NCBI RefSeq assembly: GCF_000143415.4
Contig: NW_003314425.1
Coordinates: 1-64,000 of the forward strand
Length of the DNA: 64,000 bases
Source: Selaginella moellendorffii
Taxonomy: Eukaryota > Plantae > Lycopodiophyta
Direction of reading: 5' to 3'
The stretch's first letter is position 1; the number at the start of each line of letters is the position of its first letter. Of the stretch, positions 22,621-38,287 are shown in pieces. A program made the translations under genes and the position numbers. A model generated the notes under the pieces. That model was given only the letters and a program-made list of their open reading frames with translations. It made no database searches and was not told where the DNA came from.

Positions 22621-24381
22621 CTACTGTGGTTTGAAAAACTGGAACTTCAATCCAGTGTCCACGATGCTCCAGATTCCTCCAATCGTGACCACAATAGTAA
22701 AGACAACACTCAAGATTCCAAGCGTCCAGTTGAGGTACCAGCTGAAGCTCAACTTCGGTGGCTTTTTTATCTTGAGCCACATGAAGCACGGGTAGCAAAA
22801 TGTGACTGGAACGCTGCAAACTCCTCCCAAAAGTCCTCCAAAGCTCGCCATAAAAGGGAACGCAATCCCCACGAAGAAGCCAAAGAAGACAAAGAGCAGC
22901 CGAAACACAAACCGATGAAGCTTGGGACACGGCTTGTTGGTGTTCGCGGTGTAAGTTTGCTCCACGAGATCGAACGTTGGCATGGAGTAAATCTGGAAGT
23001 TGCTGAGAGAGCTCACCACGACGAAGAGGAAACACGTCGCGAGCCACGCCGGAGATATGTCCGAGCGATGGAAGACAAACATGGAGGTGAGGATTCCAGT
23101 CGGGAGCATCTGTTTTGGCGAGTTTGTAAGTCGGGATGTTAATGAAAATAGTGAAAGCTACCAGTTTTCCGTAAGCCCAGTAGCCTCCTATCGCGAGAGG
23201 GAAGTAGCAAATCGCCACGAGAGTATACGCTGCCTTGCTACCTCTCCACATGGGAACGTAGGCCGGGTGCTTGAGAGTCGAAGGCATGGTTGCCTGGAAG
23301 AGAAGAGAATAACTCTTGTTAGACAAAAGGAATGCAAATAAAAAAACTCTACCTGGATCTCGAGAGCCAGATTATGGCCCCGAAAGGCGAATGCAATCAC
23401 TCCTAGAGCATTCAAGAAGGAGAATGCTGCTCCAACCGACGAGTATGGCTTCGCAACGTCGTAGCTAACACCGGGTGGTCTATCCCGTGTAACTGACAAG
23501 ATCCATATCATCGTCGAGTAAGCTACTGCCATGACTGCTCCAATGAGAGAAACTCCTGCGACCGAGTTGAGGTTGGGCAGCTGTGCTATAATCGCGCACA
23601 AGACTGCAAAAACCAGGTACCACTCGATGGCTGTCAAGCTTTGTCCATGGCATTTGATGCAAACCAAGTTGTAGAAGAGATGCAGTGTGCTACCACCGAT
23701 GGCGATTAGACCGCCGGCTGTTCCAGCTGATAAGCTTATAATCGGGAATGAAGTAAGCCATGATCCCAATCTTTCCCCTGAGAACGTGAAAGTCACGGAC
23801 TTTCGATGAAACGAATCAAAGAAAAAAAAGAAGCGTACCAAAAGCTGCTTGGGCCAGCTCGATGTAGCGATTGTATCGTCTCCCAGGTATGACTTCGTGC
23901 AGCTTGATGAGAATCCAGAGAGTGTAGAGCTGCCACAAGAACGCTACCACCAGCGCTAAAACTCCCCAAAACCTGTGAAGAAGAAAACATGTGCAAAGTT
24001 GATATTTACACCACGATAGACAAAACATTACCAGCCGAGGAAACTGAAAGCCACAGGCAGGAGGAGGCACTGAAAACCAATCCCAGCGTTGAGATTGTGG
24101 AAGGCCGAGTAGTAGGCATTGCCATTTCGAGACTCGGTGATAGGCAGCCATGCGTCTTGCGGATTAAGTTTTGCAATATGCCCGATTTCTTCCAGGTAGC
24201 ACTTCATGTTGCCGAAAGCTTTGCGCATTGGAGTTCCCATCGGTGACAGCATCATTCTCCTCGGAGAACGGGCAACAGATGGCGGAATGCTGTGGTTGTT
24301 CTGAGGAGTGGAAGGCAGCGAAGAGACCTCGGGTTCCTGTTCCATTGCAAAACTCGAGAACTTTCCCCCATCTTCACCCAT
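22621..24381 (-). CDS. Lysine/histidine transporter-like amino acid permease (paralog A)
   Basis: WLPITESRNGNAYYSAFHNL, QLPNLNS, FAFRGHNLALEIQ and FCYPCFMWL; five exons. Confidence 0.92.
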
Positions 24382-25282
24382 CCTGTTCCTGAGCTAGCTA
24401 TGAGCCCCTCAAGACCAATGCTGGTCCAGATCCGGGAAAGATGATAGCACCCGATACGATAACATCGATTCCGGCCCTCAGCTTCGTGTTGTGCAAACGA
24501 GCTCCTCTACTGTCGCAGTCAGCTGCATCAGTTGATAGCCGGATGAGAGATGGACCCCTCGAGCACTTAAATGCTTCGGAACTTTCCCAATTTCAAGAAC
24601 CACACCAAGAGAGTGGCGCGATGCTGCGTGGTTTGCAAAGCCTGGAAACACGAAGCACCTAATCGCTGTCGCTGATTCTGGAGATAATACTTGACAGTAT
24701 CTGTGTCTGATCATCCCTGCTCAACAAAAAACATTTGACTCGTTAGTGAGACAAGGGAAAGAAAACAAGGACGTTACTTACCAAGTGGATGGATGATGCC
24801 TTGACCTTGGCAGCGAGCGGAGCAATATAGGAAACGGAAAGAAAAATCTTTCCGCCGGCTGGCTGGCAAGCACTGTTGCAGCGTCGGAAGCAAGTTGCAA
24901 GCTGTTGGATCCAGTACCCCCGTCTAGCTGCTGCTCTATCTAGGAAATGCCAAAAATCCAGCTTGGTATGAATGCTGCTTCCCCTCAAAACCATCTCTTT
25001 TCCCAGATCACCAACACTGCTGCTTGCTGCCTCGACTTGATCAAGCAGTATATGTCAATAGTTTTTTCCTCTTCCGCAGAATGTTACGGCTTTTCCACTG
25101 CTCGGCCAATTGTTTCCTTCAGTCCTTTCTTCACGTCACATGCACCATGTTAGAAAAATGGCCCATTTGCTGACACAAAGTCAATACGAGCTTGTTCTTC
25201 ATCTTCTGGCTCCTCCCGAGAAGAACCCACACTTGGCTCTGGTCTGAGTTCAATAAGTCAGTAGCTTTAAATGCCCGGCCGC

Positions 25283-26765
25283 TTACACATCTAGCTGATA
25301 GCGTGTACGGAAGGAGATGCCATCCCCGACTGGCCTGGCCCTGCTTGGCAGCAGCATGACTGTCCACCAGAGGTGGCGTCCGCCAGAGTAGAACACGTTG
25401 CGGAAGTTGTGAGCCGCGCCAAGATCAAACACGTTCACCCAGGCCTGCGGAGGAAGTTTGGTCAGAGCTTGGAAAAATGAATGCTGTTTAGTCTTTTACC
25501 TTGCCTCTGCTCTTAGCTTCTAGCTTCCGTTGTCTATTCCCATAAAAGTCAATGGTAGTCTGTCATGGACACGCCCCACTTCAGTTCAGTTTCGCTAAAA
25601 CGAAAATGCGCCACACGCACACATACCTGTGCGGTCACCACAAGGAAGATGTGCCATCCAAGGAGACAAGACAAGGCTCCAAAGATGCCGAAAGAGAGAA
25701 CGAAAGTAAATAACAGTTGCCACTCCTGCTCGTTCTGGCCACGAGGCAAGCATTTCGTTAAAGAGTGATTAGGAGCGCAAGATCTCATTTTTCTCACTCA
25801 CGAGAGAGAAAACGTACATAGTCATCGGCGAATAGCAGCTGAGAAGACATGTATACTGCATAGGCGCACCCAATCCAGAGATAAAACACTGCCACGAAAA
25901 CATCCCACCCAGTTCTTATCGCTCAGCTCCGAGAACAAGTATCATACTTACAAAATACAAAGAAAAATCTGTAGTTGTAAAAACCAACGCAGTTGTGCAT
26001 CCACGCTGCAAGCTACGTCAAAGAAACGAAAACAGAATACTTGAGCACAGAAACATAGAAAAAAAGGATACGGCAGTGATGATCCATTCTTAAAATGCAC
26101 CTAGAATTGAGACTTCGAGTAAGAAAATCAAGTTGAAAGGACGCTTTCTTACCTCTTGCAAATATGGCAGTGGTGAGTAAACGCAGGTTTGTTCTTGTGG
26201 CCTGCAAAGCAAGGAAAACTTTAGTCTTTAGAAGAACGAAAGAAAGGAGCAAACGGACAATGCTTGCACCATCTTGTTCCACTGTCCTGCGAGAAAGGAG
26301 GGCCTATAGTGAGCACCAAGATAGAAAAACCAAACACAAAAACTCACAAGAAAATCTGCTGGAGGGCTGCCAGGATCAGTGAAGATACAGTAGAAATAGT
26401 TGAAGAAAACGTTTAGGAGGAGCCAACAGGCGATCGCGGCGTGTAGCAGTGCTCTCAACGAGTACATATTGTGTAGAGTGGGAAGAATCGTGGTAAAAAA
26501 CAAGTAAATCACGGAGCTGGACGCTCGGATCACGGATCGCGCAGAGGAAAACCAAAGAAATATCGCCATACCTCATAAGGAAGAACGCAAGAAAAATGTA
26601 GGTCGGCCCTGCCGCTTGAACGGACTTATCGATGCAGCTCTGGATCTTCGCCACGGCTCTGCTCCATCTGCGAAAAATTCCAATCGATCGATCGACCACA
26701 AGAAAAATGCGTGAAATTTCCACTCACAGATGCGATCGAAGAAGAATCGCGAAGCAGCGCTTCAT
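25283..26765 (-). CDS. DHHC-type protein S-acyltransferase
   Basis: Spliced TDPG, HCHIC..CILRMDHHCPWMHNCVG, TTIDFY and NVFDLG motifs; ATG at 26765 with a GT-AG first intron restoring the frame. Confidence 0.88.
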
Positions 26766-26833
26766 CGCGCTTCTCGCATGCTAAGTAAAAAACCCTAAGT
26801 TCGTCCTCCTGGATTTTAGGGTTTATCAGTGGA
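26766..26833. promoter_or_regulatory. Very short head-to-head spacer with two opposed telo-boxes
   Basis: aaaccctaa at 26790-26798 and ttagggttt at 26816-26824 between the DHHC and GET3 start codons. Confidence 0.65.
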
Positions 26834-28367
26834 ATGGGGACACCGCTGGAGGGGAGCGTGCGCAATGTCCTGGATCAAGAGCAGCTCAAATGGATCTTCG
26901 TCGGTGGTAAGGGCGGCGTCGGCAAGACGACGTGTAGCTCCATGCTCGCGATCCTGCTCGCCGAAATCCGGCCCTCGGTGTTGATCATCTCCACGGATCC
27001 GGCGCACAACCTCAGCGATGCGTTCCAGCAGAAATTTACGCGCACGCCAACGCTCGTCGATGGCTTCTCCAATCTCTTCGCAATGGTTCGCTCCCGAGAA
27101 TCTCTGATCTGCGCTGGTATGCTGCTGCGTTCTTCTTTGCTATATGTTTTTTGTGTTCTTCGTGGCTTCTTTGTTAGAATGTTTCTTTGCTGGATCATTG
27201 TCTTGGTCTCCTTCTAATGGATTGATCAGGAAGTGGATCCCAGCATGGAAGGCGACGAGTTGGATGCTTTCGAGGGAATGGGAGGATTTCTTTCGGAACT
27301 TACGAATGCCATCCCCGGCATTGACGAAGCAGTGAGCTTTGCTGAGATGCTAAAGTAAGCTCTCTATTTTTTTCTTCATGGTCCTCAGTCTTTCTCTCTA
27401 TTCTTTGATGATCTAGGCTTGTCAAAACCATGGACTATTCGGTGATTGTTTTCGACACAGCTCCCACAGGACACACACTACGATTACTCCAGTTTCCTTC
27501 GACGCTAGAGAAGTGCTTGGGAAAAATGATGAGCCTAAAGAACAAGTTTGGTGGCATGATCAGTCAGGTACTTGCGAAGAAAAAAAGTCTATTTCCCTCA
27601 CGTTTCACGGTTTTACAGGTTTCGCGTCTATTTGGTCTGGGTGACGAGTTTCGAGAAGATGCTATCATGGGAAAACTCGAGGCCATGAAGAGCGTGATTG
27701 AGCAAGTGAACGAACAGTTCCGCGACCCGGTAAATAAAGCAAAAGCTCTGTTTTTTTTCCTTTAGTCTCTATTTTATCTAGACATCAAACAACAGCAACT
27801 CGACTGCTGCAGGATTTGACAACCTTCTTATGCGTTTGCATCCCAGAGTTTTTGTCACTGTACGAGACCGAGAGATTAGTCCAGGAGCTCGCGAGGTTTG
27901 AGATTGACACTCACAACATCATCATAAACCAAGTTCTGTTTCCAGAAGAAGGTGAGGGCCACACCGATTCAGACTCTCATCTCGCTGACTTATGGACTTT
28001 TTTTGCAGCCTCCGACTCGAAGCTCTTGAAAGCGAGGTTGAAAATGCAGCAAAAGTATCTGGACCAGTTTTACGAGCTCTACGAGGATTTCAACTTGACA
28101 CTCTTGCCGCTGCTACCGGAGGAGGTGAGAAAAAAACGCTGATGTTAGCAAGCTAAGATTTTTTTTGGTTTCTGGCAGGTTCGCGGTGTCACTGCCCTCA
28201 AGAAATTCGCTGCGAATTTAATGACACCATACAAGCCAGCGGCGGCATCAGCGTCGGAGTTACAAGACGAATCAATCGAAGCGGCCACTTTGAGACTGCG
28301 CGAGCGAATCTCTCAGTTAGAAGCAGAGCTGGAAAGAATGAGAAAGGGAAAGCAAATCGCGGACTAG
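26834..28367 (+). CDS. GET3: GET3/ASNA1 (ArsA-family) ATPase
   Basis: [10 protein letters not shown] deviant P-loop, [31 protein letters not shown] and [14 protein letters not shown]; multi-exon. Confidence 0.95.
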
Positions 28368-29237
28368 CCTAATAAAACCCCCCACGGTTATCTTTTTTTA
28401 TGACTAACCCGGTATATCCCGCCGGAGATCCGCCACCTGGTGGGCTACGTCAGCCCCACTAGGCCACGGGGGCTTGCCAAAGATGTTTGAATGGCGAATA
28501 CTTTGGAGGCAACAATGATGACACCAAGCCTCATGCCAAATCTTTCGGATATCTCCAGCGCGGATTTTACACACTACGAGACGCGCGAGCTGCCTTGTTC
28601 CTATTCGCTATATGCCCGCGTTGGAAAGGGGGGGTGAAAGGAACTATTTAGCCCTAGGAGAGATGGGCATCGTGGAATCTAGGGCGGACACGTTGGCGCC
28701 CGTTGAAAGCCAAAAGAACGGCTACCGATGCGCCGCAACCGGGGCGCCGCAGCGGGGGCGACACGTGCTACGCTTGGCTCGGACAAGGGGCTCACCCACG
28801 ACGTTGGCCTTTGGGCGCGACACGCGTCGCACATCCAGCAGCGTCGCCACTGTCCCAACTAACAGTTTTACTAGATTAGCCAGCGGGGCGAGGGGCCAGA
28901 TTTAGCGGAAAGACCCTCTAACCCCCGCCCTAATTTTCCCTGAATAGAAGGCTTCCCAGTTTTCTCTTCTTTTTTTTTTCGCTGGATTTGGCATCTTTCT
29001 TTGCTCCCCAAAATCTCTTCTGGCGCTCGTCCTCATCGTGATCCCTTTCTCCTCTTTGAGGCGCTGGAGCCTACCCTAGGGAATATTTTGTGTTTCTCGA
29101 TCAATCGATCGATCGCTCGCTCGCTCGCGGCGCGCTCTAGAGTTTTCTAGCGTCTTCTTTGCTCCGCTCTACCAGTTCCAGCGGTCGCGTCGCGCCGGGC
29201 CGCGCGGCCTGTTCTTGGATCTTCAAAGAAGATTATT

Positions 29238-32200
29238 ATGATTCCTTGCAACGGCAACAGCAGCAGCAGCGGCGGCGGTGGCAACGGCAGCGAGGGGGAG
29301 GAAAGATCGTCTTCGCAGGAATCCCAGGGGGCGGTAGCGGCGGCGGGGAATGTAGGAGGCGAGAGCACGGAGGCGGCGGCGGCGATCAGCTGTTTGGAGC
29401 TGGATGCATGGATTAGGGACGACGATGGCGCTATTGACTGTATGATGATGCTGCCCGAGGTGCCGCTCGACGGGGATTCCACCAGCCCGGAGGATTCCGG
29501 CATGCACGCCCAAGATTGCTGCGAGCAATTCGAGCACAAGCAGCACGAGGACGAGATGATCTTCTGTCGATCCAGTTCCAGCTGCTCCTCGACCTTTCCG
29601 GATTCCTGCGCCAATCAAGAAACGCTCGAGCTTAATATCCCCGACGATTTCTTCGGCGATAGGCAGCAGCAGCACGACGAGGAGCGGCAGCGGCAGGCCG
29701 AGCAGCAGCTCCTCCCGCCGCTCACCGAGGCCAGATCCGGCCACCAGTTTGCCCCTGATCTCCGGAAGATCATCGTGAAGAAGCCGGTCATGGACAAGGC
29801 GGTGGAGCGCCTGGGCGGCGGGCGGCGGGGAGCTATGAGACTGTGGAACATCATCCAGGTGTGGTTGAAGCATCAGCAGCAGCAGGGCGGTGGTGGATCG
29901 ATGGATGGTTTCTCGCTGCCGTTCGAGAATTTCGGTGGCTTCATGGACGTGCCCGTCCACAACCAGCAGCAGCAGCAGCAGCAGCATTTCCAGCACCCGG
30001 GATTTCCAGTGGCTGGTGGATTTGGTGGCGAGGCCACCTCGACTGGTGGTGGTGGTGGTGGCCAGTTCTACGGGGACCCCAACGTTGTCCCCGGCCAGCA
30101 CTTCTCCTCGGCGTATCCGGATGCTACCACCACCGCCGCGGACGTTGCTACTCCGCGATCAATGGCGACGGCTCCGATCGCCAACTCGGCGTCCGCGGCG
30201 GCCACCACTCGGGCGGCTCGAAAGAGTAGAATGGCTCGCCAGCGCCGCCACAAAGGTGGGTTTGGGGGCACTAGCCTTTCGCATTCGCCGGTGGCCACCA
30301 GCGCTGGAGCTTGGTCCTCGGCCTCCACGGCGGGATTTTTAGCCACCACGGCGACGGCGGCGACGATCACCACGACCACCACTTCGAATTCGTCACTATC
30401 TCTGGCAACGACTCATGGGGCTCCGGGTGCTCGTGAGCAGCATCAACATCAATTCGGTACTTGTCGCGATGGGATCAAGGTGGGTTGTGTGAAATTCCCA
30501 ATTCTTCTTTGCATGCTACTTGGGCTCGAGACACTGAGTTTTTTTTTTCTTTTTTTGTTTGTTTTTTTTTTTGTCTTGGTCCTGTTTTCAACTATTTGAA
30601 CGTTTTTTTTTTTCAATCCAGGCACGAATGAGTTGCGATAAGAGCGTCAAGTTCTTACTGCAAAAGGAGCTCAAGCCCAGTGATGTGGGGAATTTGGGAC
30701 GGATCGTCTTGCCAAAGGTACTGTTGTAGTTCTTAAGCTTGAATTTGTTTTATGCTTCATCCTCCTTTGATCTTTCTCCAACCACCATTCTTTATGCGGT
30801 GTGTGTGTGGGTGTGTGTATGTATGGTGTACTGTGTGTGCGCTTTCAAGCTGATTGTGCTTTTCATTGAGCTGGCTGTTGATTCATTTGTAACAGGACAC
30901 TGAGAACAAGGCCTGAGACCACTCAAGTTGGATTTTGGTCTTCTAATGACCACCACCACCACTACCTGTCTTCCAATACCTGCCTATCTTCGATTGGTCC
31001 TTTTGCCATCCTCTTTTTATACGCATACAAAAGAACGCAAAAGTGAAAGATGGAGAAGGCTGGGCCAGGGAGACAGATTCTTATTTATAATAAACAACGG
31101 AACTCTTGACACCTCACTCGGTTGCTGTGACAACTTTCACTTTTCTTCCCATTCTATCCTTTTTTTTTTCCTTGTTTGTTGATTTTTTTGCCGTGATTGC
31201 ATCTCTTCTTTGTCTGTGAGGCGGTGTGGTGTGATCGGATCTCTTCTAGAGCTAATTCTAACGCGTTTAAAGTTTGCTCTTTTTTTCTTGCTTTGGCAGA
31301 AGGAAGCCGAGATCCATTTGCCGTATTTAAGCTTGAGGGAAGGCATCATGCTGGCGATGGAGGATGTACTGACAGCCCAGACGTGGCACTTTCGCTACAG
31401 GTACCAGTGGTGACTATAGAATTTCTAAGTTTTCTGCTTACGCTGCAGACGATGATGATGGTGATGGTTGATGTTTACGTTCTGTCTCCCATTTTCTCGC
31501 CATGTAGTACAGCCATGCTATATGCTAGGATAAGTTCACTAATCATATAACCGTCGTCCGGAAGGTTAAGGAGAGTTATGCTCGAGATCTAGAGGCGCAG
31601 GTAGTGTGATTGAGATAAGCTAAGTAAAGAGTTTAGATCTCATCGTCTTAGAGTTCTTTGTTGACAGGAGTGTATTGTAGTGCAGTGTAGCTTTTTTCTA
31701 ACCTTCACTTACTGGCTTTGACGTTAACACTCCTTTTGTTTCGTGCCTGTGCAGATTTTGGCCTAACAACAAGAGTCGCATGTATCTTCTGGAGGGCACA
31801 GGTACCATCAAAGCCCGTTCGTTCTCTCTCCAGGCAGTTGTTTAATTGGGCTTTCGATTGCATGAGCAGGTGACTACGTCAAGTCGCATCTGCTCAAAGA
31901 GGGCGACTTGATACAAATATATCGAGACGCAAAGACTGGAAAACATGTAGGCTTTGCTTTCGTTTTGCAAAACCAGAGTTTTCTGTCGTGTCTAACTTGG
32001 TCCCGGCCGCCAGATCATCTGTGCGAAGAAGTTCGCTGCCAGGCCAGTGACACCAGCGGCAGAGACAACCACGACCACCACGTCGAGCAAGCTCGAAGAT
32101 GACTGCCTGAGCGGGGCTTCCACCGTCTCGGACTCCTCCAAGGACGCTCCTCCGGTCGAGCAGCAGCGTCCTGGATCGAGAGCTTGCGTGAAGAAGAGGA

Positions 32201-32412
32201 AGGTGACGAAGCCTACAGTCAGTGTGGGAGCTCCAGTGGCAGCAAACAGTGGCGGTGGTGGTGTCGGTGGTGGTGTCGGTGGTGTCGGTGGTGGTGATGA
32301 GATTGAGAGGTTCCCAAGCATTGAGATGGAGGATGAGTTTATTGACGAGATCTTGGGAATGGTAGATGCGGAAGAACCGAGTAGTCCCGAGAGCTGCAAG
32401 GAAGACGACTAA
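29238..32412 (+). CDS. ABI3: ABI3/VP1-type B3 transcription factor
   Basis: B1-like '[23 protein letters not shown]', B2 '[15 protein letters not shown]', and B3 '[22 protein letters not shown]|[13 protein letters not shown]|[14 protein letters not shown]' split over exons. Confidence 0.9.
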
Positions 32413-32651
32413 ACAGGCTACAAGAACAGCAAACCATAGAAAACCATAGAAAACAATGCAAGAAGAAAAAAATGTCCAATTTTGCATAAAAAAGAGGCAG
32501 TAAACTGCAAAAACTTTTGTATAGAAACTTTTGTCTACCTCTGTTCCCGTTATCATCGAGTCCCCGGGCCTTTGAAAAACAACGCTCCTCAAAAGAATAT
32601 ATATTCTCGTGATTCACTGATATATCATCTTTTTCGGTGAGCATATCACGA

Positions 32652-35375
<2,724 letters not shown>

Positions 35376-35547
35376 CGCCAAAGCAAATAGCCCCACTTCG
35401 CCAAGCCCTAAAACTTAGAATGGCCGCTCGGCGGCGCCGCCTCCTCTACAACCGGTGGCGCCGCCAAAATCCTCCTAAAGCCCTAAAAATTCGCCTCCCA
35501 TTAAAAGTTTTAGGGTTTACGGCAGCGCGAGCGCGAGCGCCATCGCC

Positions 35548-36993
35548 ATGACGATCTCGCAAGACTGTCGGATGTACGAGGCCAGATTCCCCGAAGTGGA
35601 CGACGTGGTGATGGTCCAGGTATGTGATTCTCTCTCCCAGCTAGAAATCTGTGGAATTCCTGAGCTAGAATCTCTCCTCTCAAGGTCAAACACATCGCGG
35701 AGATGGGCGCCTACGTCTCGCTGCTCGAGTACAACAATATTGAGGGGATGATTCTACTGTCGGAGCTCTCGCGGCGCCGGATTCGCAGCATTGGGAGCTT
35801 GATTAAAGTGGGCCGCCAGGAGCCAGTGATGGTTCTCAGGGTGGACAAGGAGAAAGGTTACATTGATCTCAGCAAGAGGAGGGTCTCGGAGGAGGACATT
35901 GCGGTGTGCGAGGAGCGATTCAACAAGAGCAAGCTCGTTCATTCAATCATGCGTCACGTTGCTGACACTGAAAGTGTCGATCTTGAGGTATGAAAAAAGG
36001 TTTCTTTTCACGACAAGTTCTCACTTCTTTTTTTTTCCTCATGTTGTGCAGGATCTCTACGTTCATGTAGGATGGCCTCTTTACAAGAAATATGGCCATG
36101 CATTCGAGGTAAGTTTCTTTCTCTCGACATGGAGGAAGTTTGCTTCACTTTTTCCCTCTGGAAATTTTGTAGGCTTTCAAGGTCATGGTAGCAGATCCAG
36201 ATACGATCTTGTCAGGGCTAACGAGAACAATCAAAGAGACTGGACCGGACGGACAAGAGGTACTAAAAACTGGTCATTCTTTCTCTTTTATTTTCTGCTC
36301 TATTGCCTTTTTCAGGTTACGAAGACGGTTCCAGCAGTGACGGAAGAGGTCAAAGATGCTCTTGTGAAGAACGTCCGGAGGCGAATGACGCCCCAGCCAC
36401 TGAAGATCAGAGCCGACGTTGAGCTCAAGTGCTTCCAGTACGATGGTGTCCTTCATATCAAGGTTTGGTTTCGCTTGCTTTCTCTCGACGATTTGTTCTT
36501 TACTTCTTTATCCTCATTTTCGAATTTCAGGAAGCGATGAGACAGGCTGAAGCTGCTGGTACCGCGGACTGTCCCGTGAAAATAAAGCTAGTAGCACCAC
36601 CGCTGTACGTTTTGACGACTCAAACACTAGACAAGGTACACAAAATTCTCCAAAGCTGATTGTGCTGAGCGTTGGAGTTACGCAGGAGCAAGGGATAGCA
36701 GTGCTAGTGGAGGCAACGAAAGCTTGTGCCAAGTCCATAGAATCTAACAAAGGAAAGCTTGTTGTGAAAGAGGCGGCTAGAGTGGTGAGTCCCCAAGAGT
36801 TTTTTTCTTGCTTCTCTCGGTGTTTGCTCACGAATTCTCCTTGTCCCAGGTGAGTGACTCGGACGATCGCCATCTTTTGGGACGGCTGAGTGAAGCAAAC
36901 AAGGAGGTGGATGGCGATGGCGATAGTGAGGAGGAGGAAGACACTGGAATGGGGGAAGCCGACGTTGATGCCGTGAGTGGGCTTGTAGAGTAA
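35548..36993 (+). CDS. eIF2alpha: Eukaryotic translation initiation factor 2 alpha
   Basis: [31 protein letters not shown] (phospho-Ser site), [11 protein letters not shown] and [10 protein letters not shown]; acidic tail. Confidence 0.96.
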
Positions 36994-37226
36994 AGATGTA
37001 TGCTCTTTTTGGCGAGTTATCACAAGTAACAGGCCTTTAAGCCCAAATCAAAGTAGTTTAAAGGTTTTCCAGAGTGATTATCTACAAGGCCGGGACTTTG
37101 ACCACTTCACGGCACACCTTCCAGGAGCTCTACACCGCCATTCTTCTCGTCTACAAGTAAGTCTATATCAGTATCAAAATCCGCTATACACACAGCGATA
37201 TAAACAAGCATTTTCCGGAGAGAGTG

Positions 37227-38287
37227 ATTCTGCAGCTGCACATCTGTTTCAATTGTTTCTATGCAAAATGGATTAGGAGCTTGTTCTGACATTTGGCAAA
37301 CCATGAGACTTTCACGGCCAAAACTGATCAACTTCAACCTTCATATATAAGACAAGCTCTCGTGAGCCGTCATAACAAACAATGAGGTACTACTTTATTT
37401 TCTTCTTTTGCTTGTGTTCAGCTTTTATAATGGCAATTAGAATCGAAGACTGTGGTGGCTTCTGAAGTCCTGCTTAGATGCTTCTTGCGAGCTTCACATG
37501 GATCCTGACTGCAACTTGCGCTCAGGATAATCGCCTTCCATATAAATCAAGTGTAACCAACAAATGTTTTTTATTCAACTTCAAGCACTCGATTATAATA
37601 GCACCTTTTCTAAGGCCCGCCCGTTCTTCGCTTGCACCGGGTTCGTAGAAACAGACGCCTCTAGCTTCGAGAAATCCAAGGTGGCCGTCAAAGTACCACC
37701 AGAAACTAAATCCTATATTAATCTAATTCAAAACATCTTCATTTAGATCGATTCCTTGTTTAGATCGTCTCTTTGAGCATACTCCTTGAGCAGTATCATG
37801 CGGCTCCAATATTGGAATCTACAAAGAAGAAGTCTTGAAGACGTTGGATCCTTCTCCAAAAAAATTCCAAAGCACTTGGAATTTCCAAAGCTGAGCCTTG
37901 GAGTTGGGCAGGATAGCAGTGAGGTTTGTGCTAAGTCCATACAATCAAACAATAAAAGAAGGCTTGTTGTGAAACTAGAGTGTCCCTAGGAGCTTTTTCT
38001 TTCTTCTCTCATGTTTGGTGACGAATTCTCGTTGACGATGGCCATCTTGTGGGTTGATTGAAGCAAAGGTGGAGGTGGATGGCGATGACGAGAGTGAAGA
38101 AGAGGAAGACAGTGGAATGGGATTACGGACGTTGATGCTGTGAGTGGGGTTGTGTATGCATGCTAGCTAGCTAATAATCAAAACAAGCTAGCTTGTTTAA
38201 ATGAGTAGCATGGTTTGCCAAATGTCAGAACAAGCTCCTAATCCATTTTGCGTAGAAGCAATCGAAACAAATGTGCAGCTGCAGAAT
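37227..38287. repeat. ~79-bp inverted repeat pair (37227-37305 / 38209-38287)
   Basis: attctgcagctgcac..gcaaaatggattaggagcttgttctgacatttggcaaaccatg is the reverse complement of catggtttgccaaatgtcagaacaagctcctaatccattttgc..gtgcagctgcagaat, with a few mismatches. Confidence 0.85.
37890..38152 (+). pseudogene. Degenerate partial duplicate of the eIF2-alpha 3' end (last two exons plus intron)
   Basis: gctgagccttggagtt..aagtccata..cttgttgtgaaa..acgaattctc..ggaggtggatggcgatg..gacgttgatgc.gtgagtggg parallels 36664-36990 with indels. Confidence 0.8.

Noticed and set aside
29147-30382. Long antisense and alternative-frame ORFs over ABI3 exon 1
   Set aside because: Expected from high GC and CAG/GGC triplet runs
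37107-37337. Minus-strand 76-aa ORF overlapping the inverted-repeat arm
   Set aside because: No family recognised; may be a gene fragment but cannot be supported
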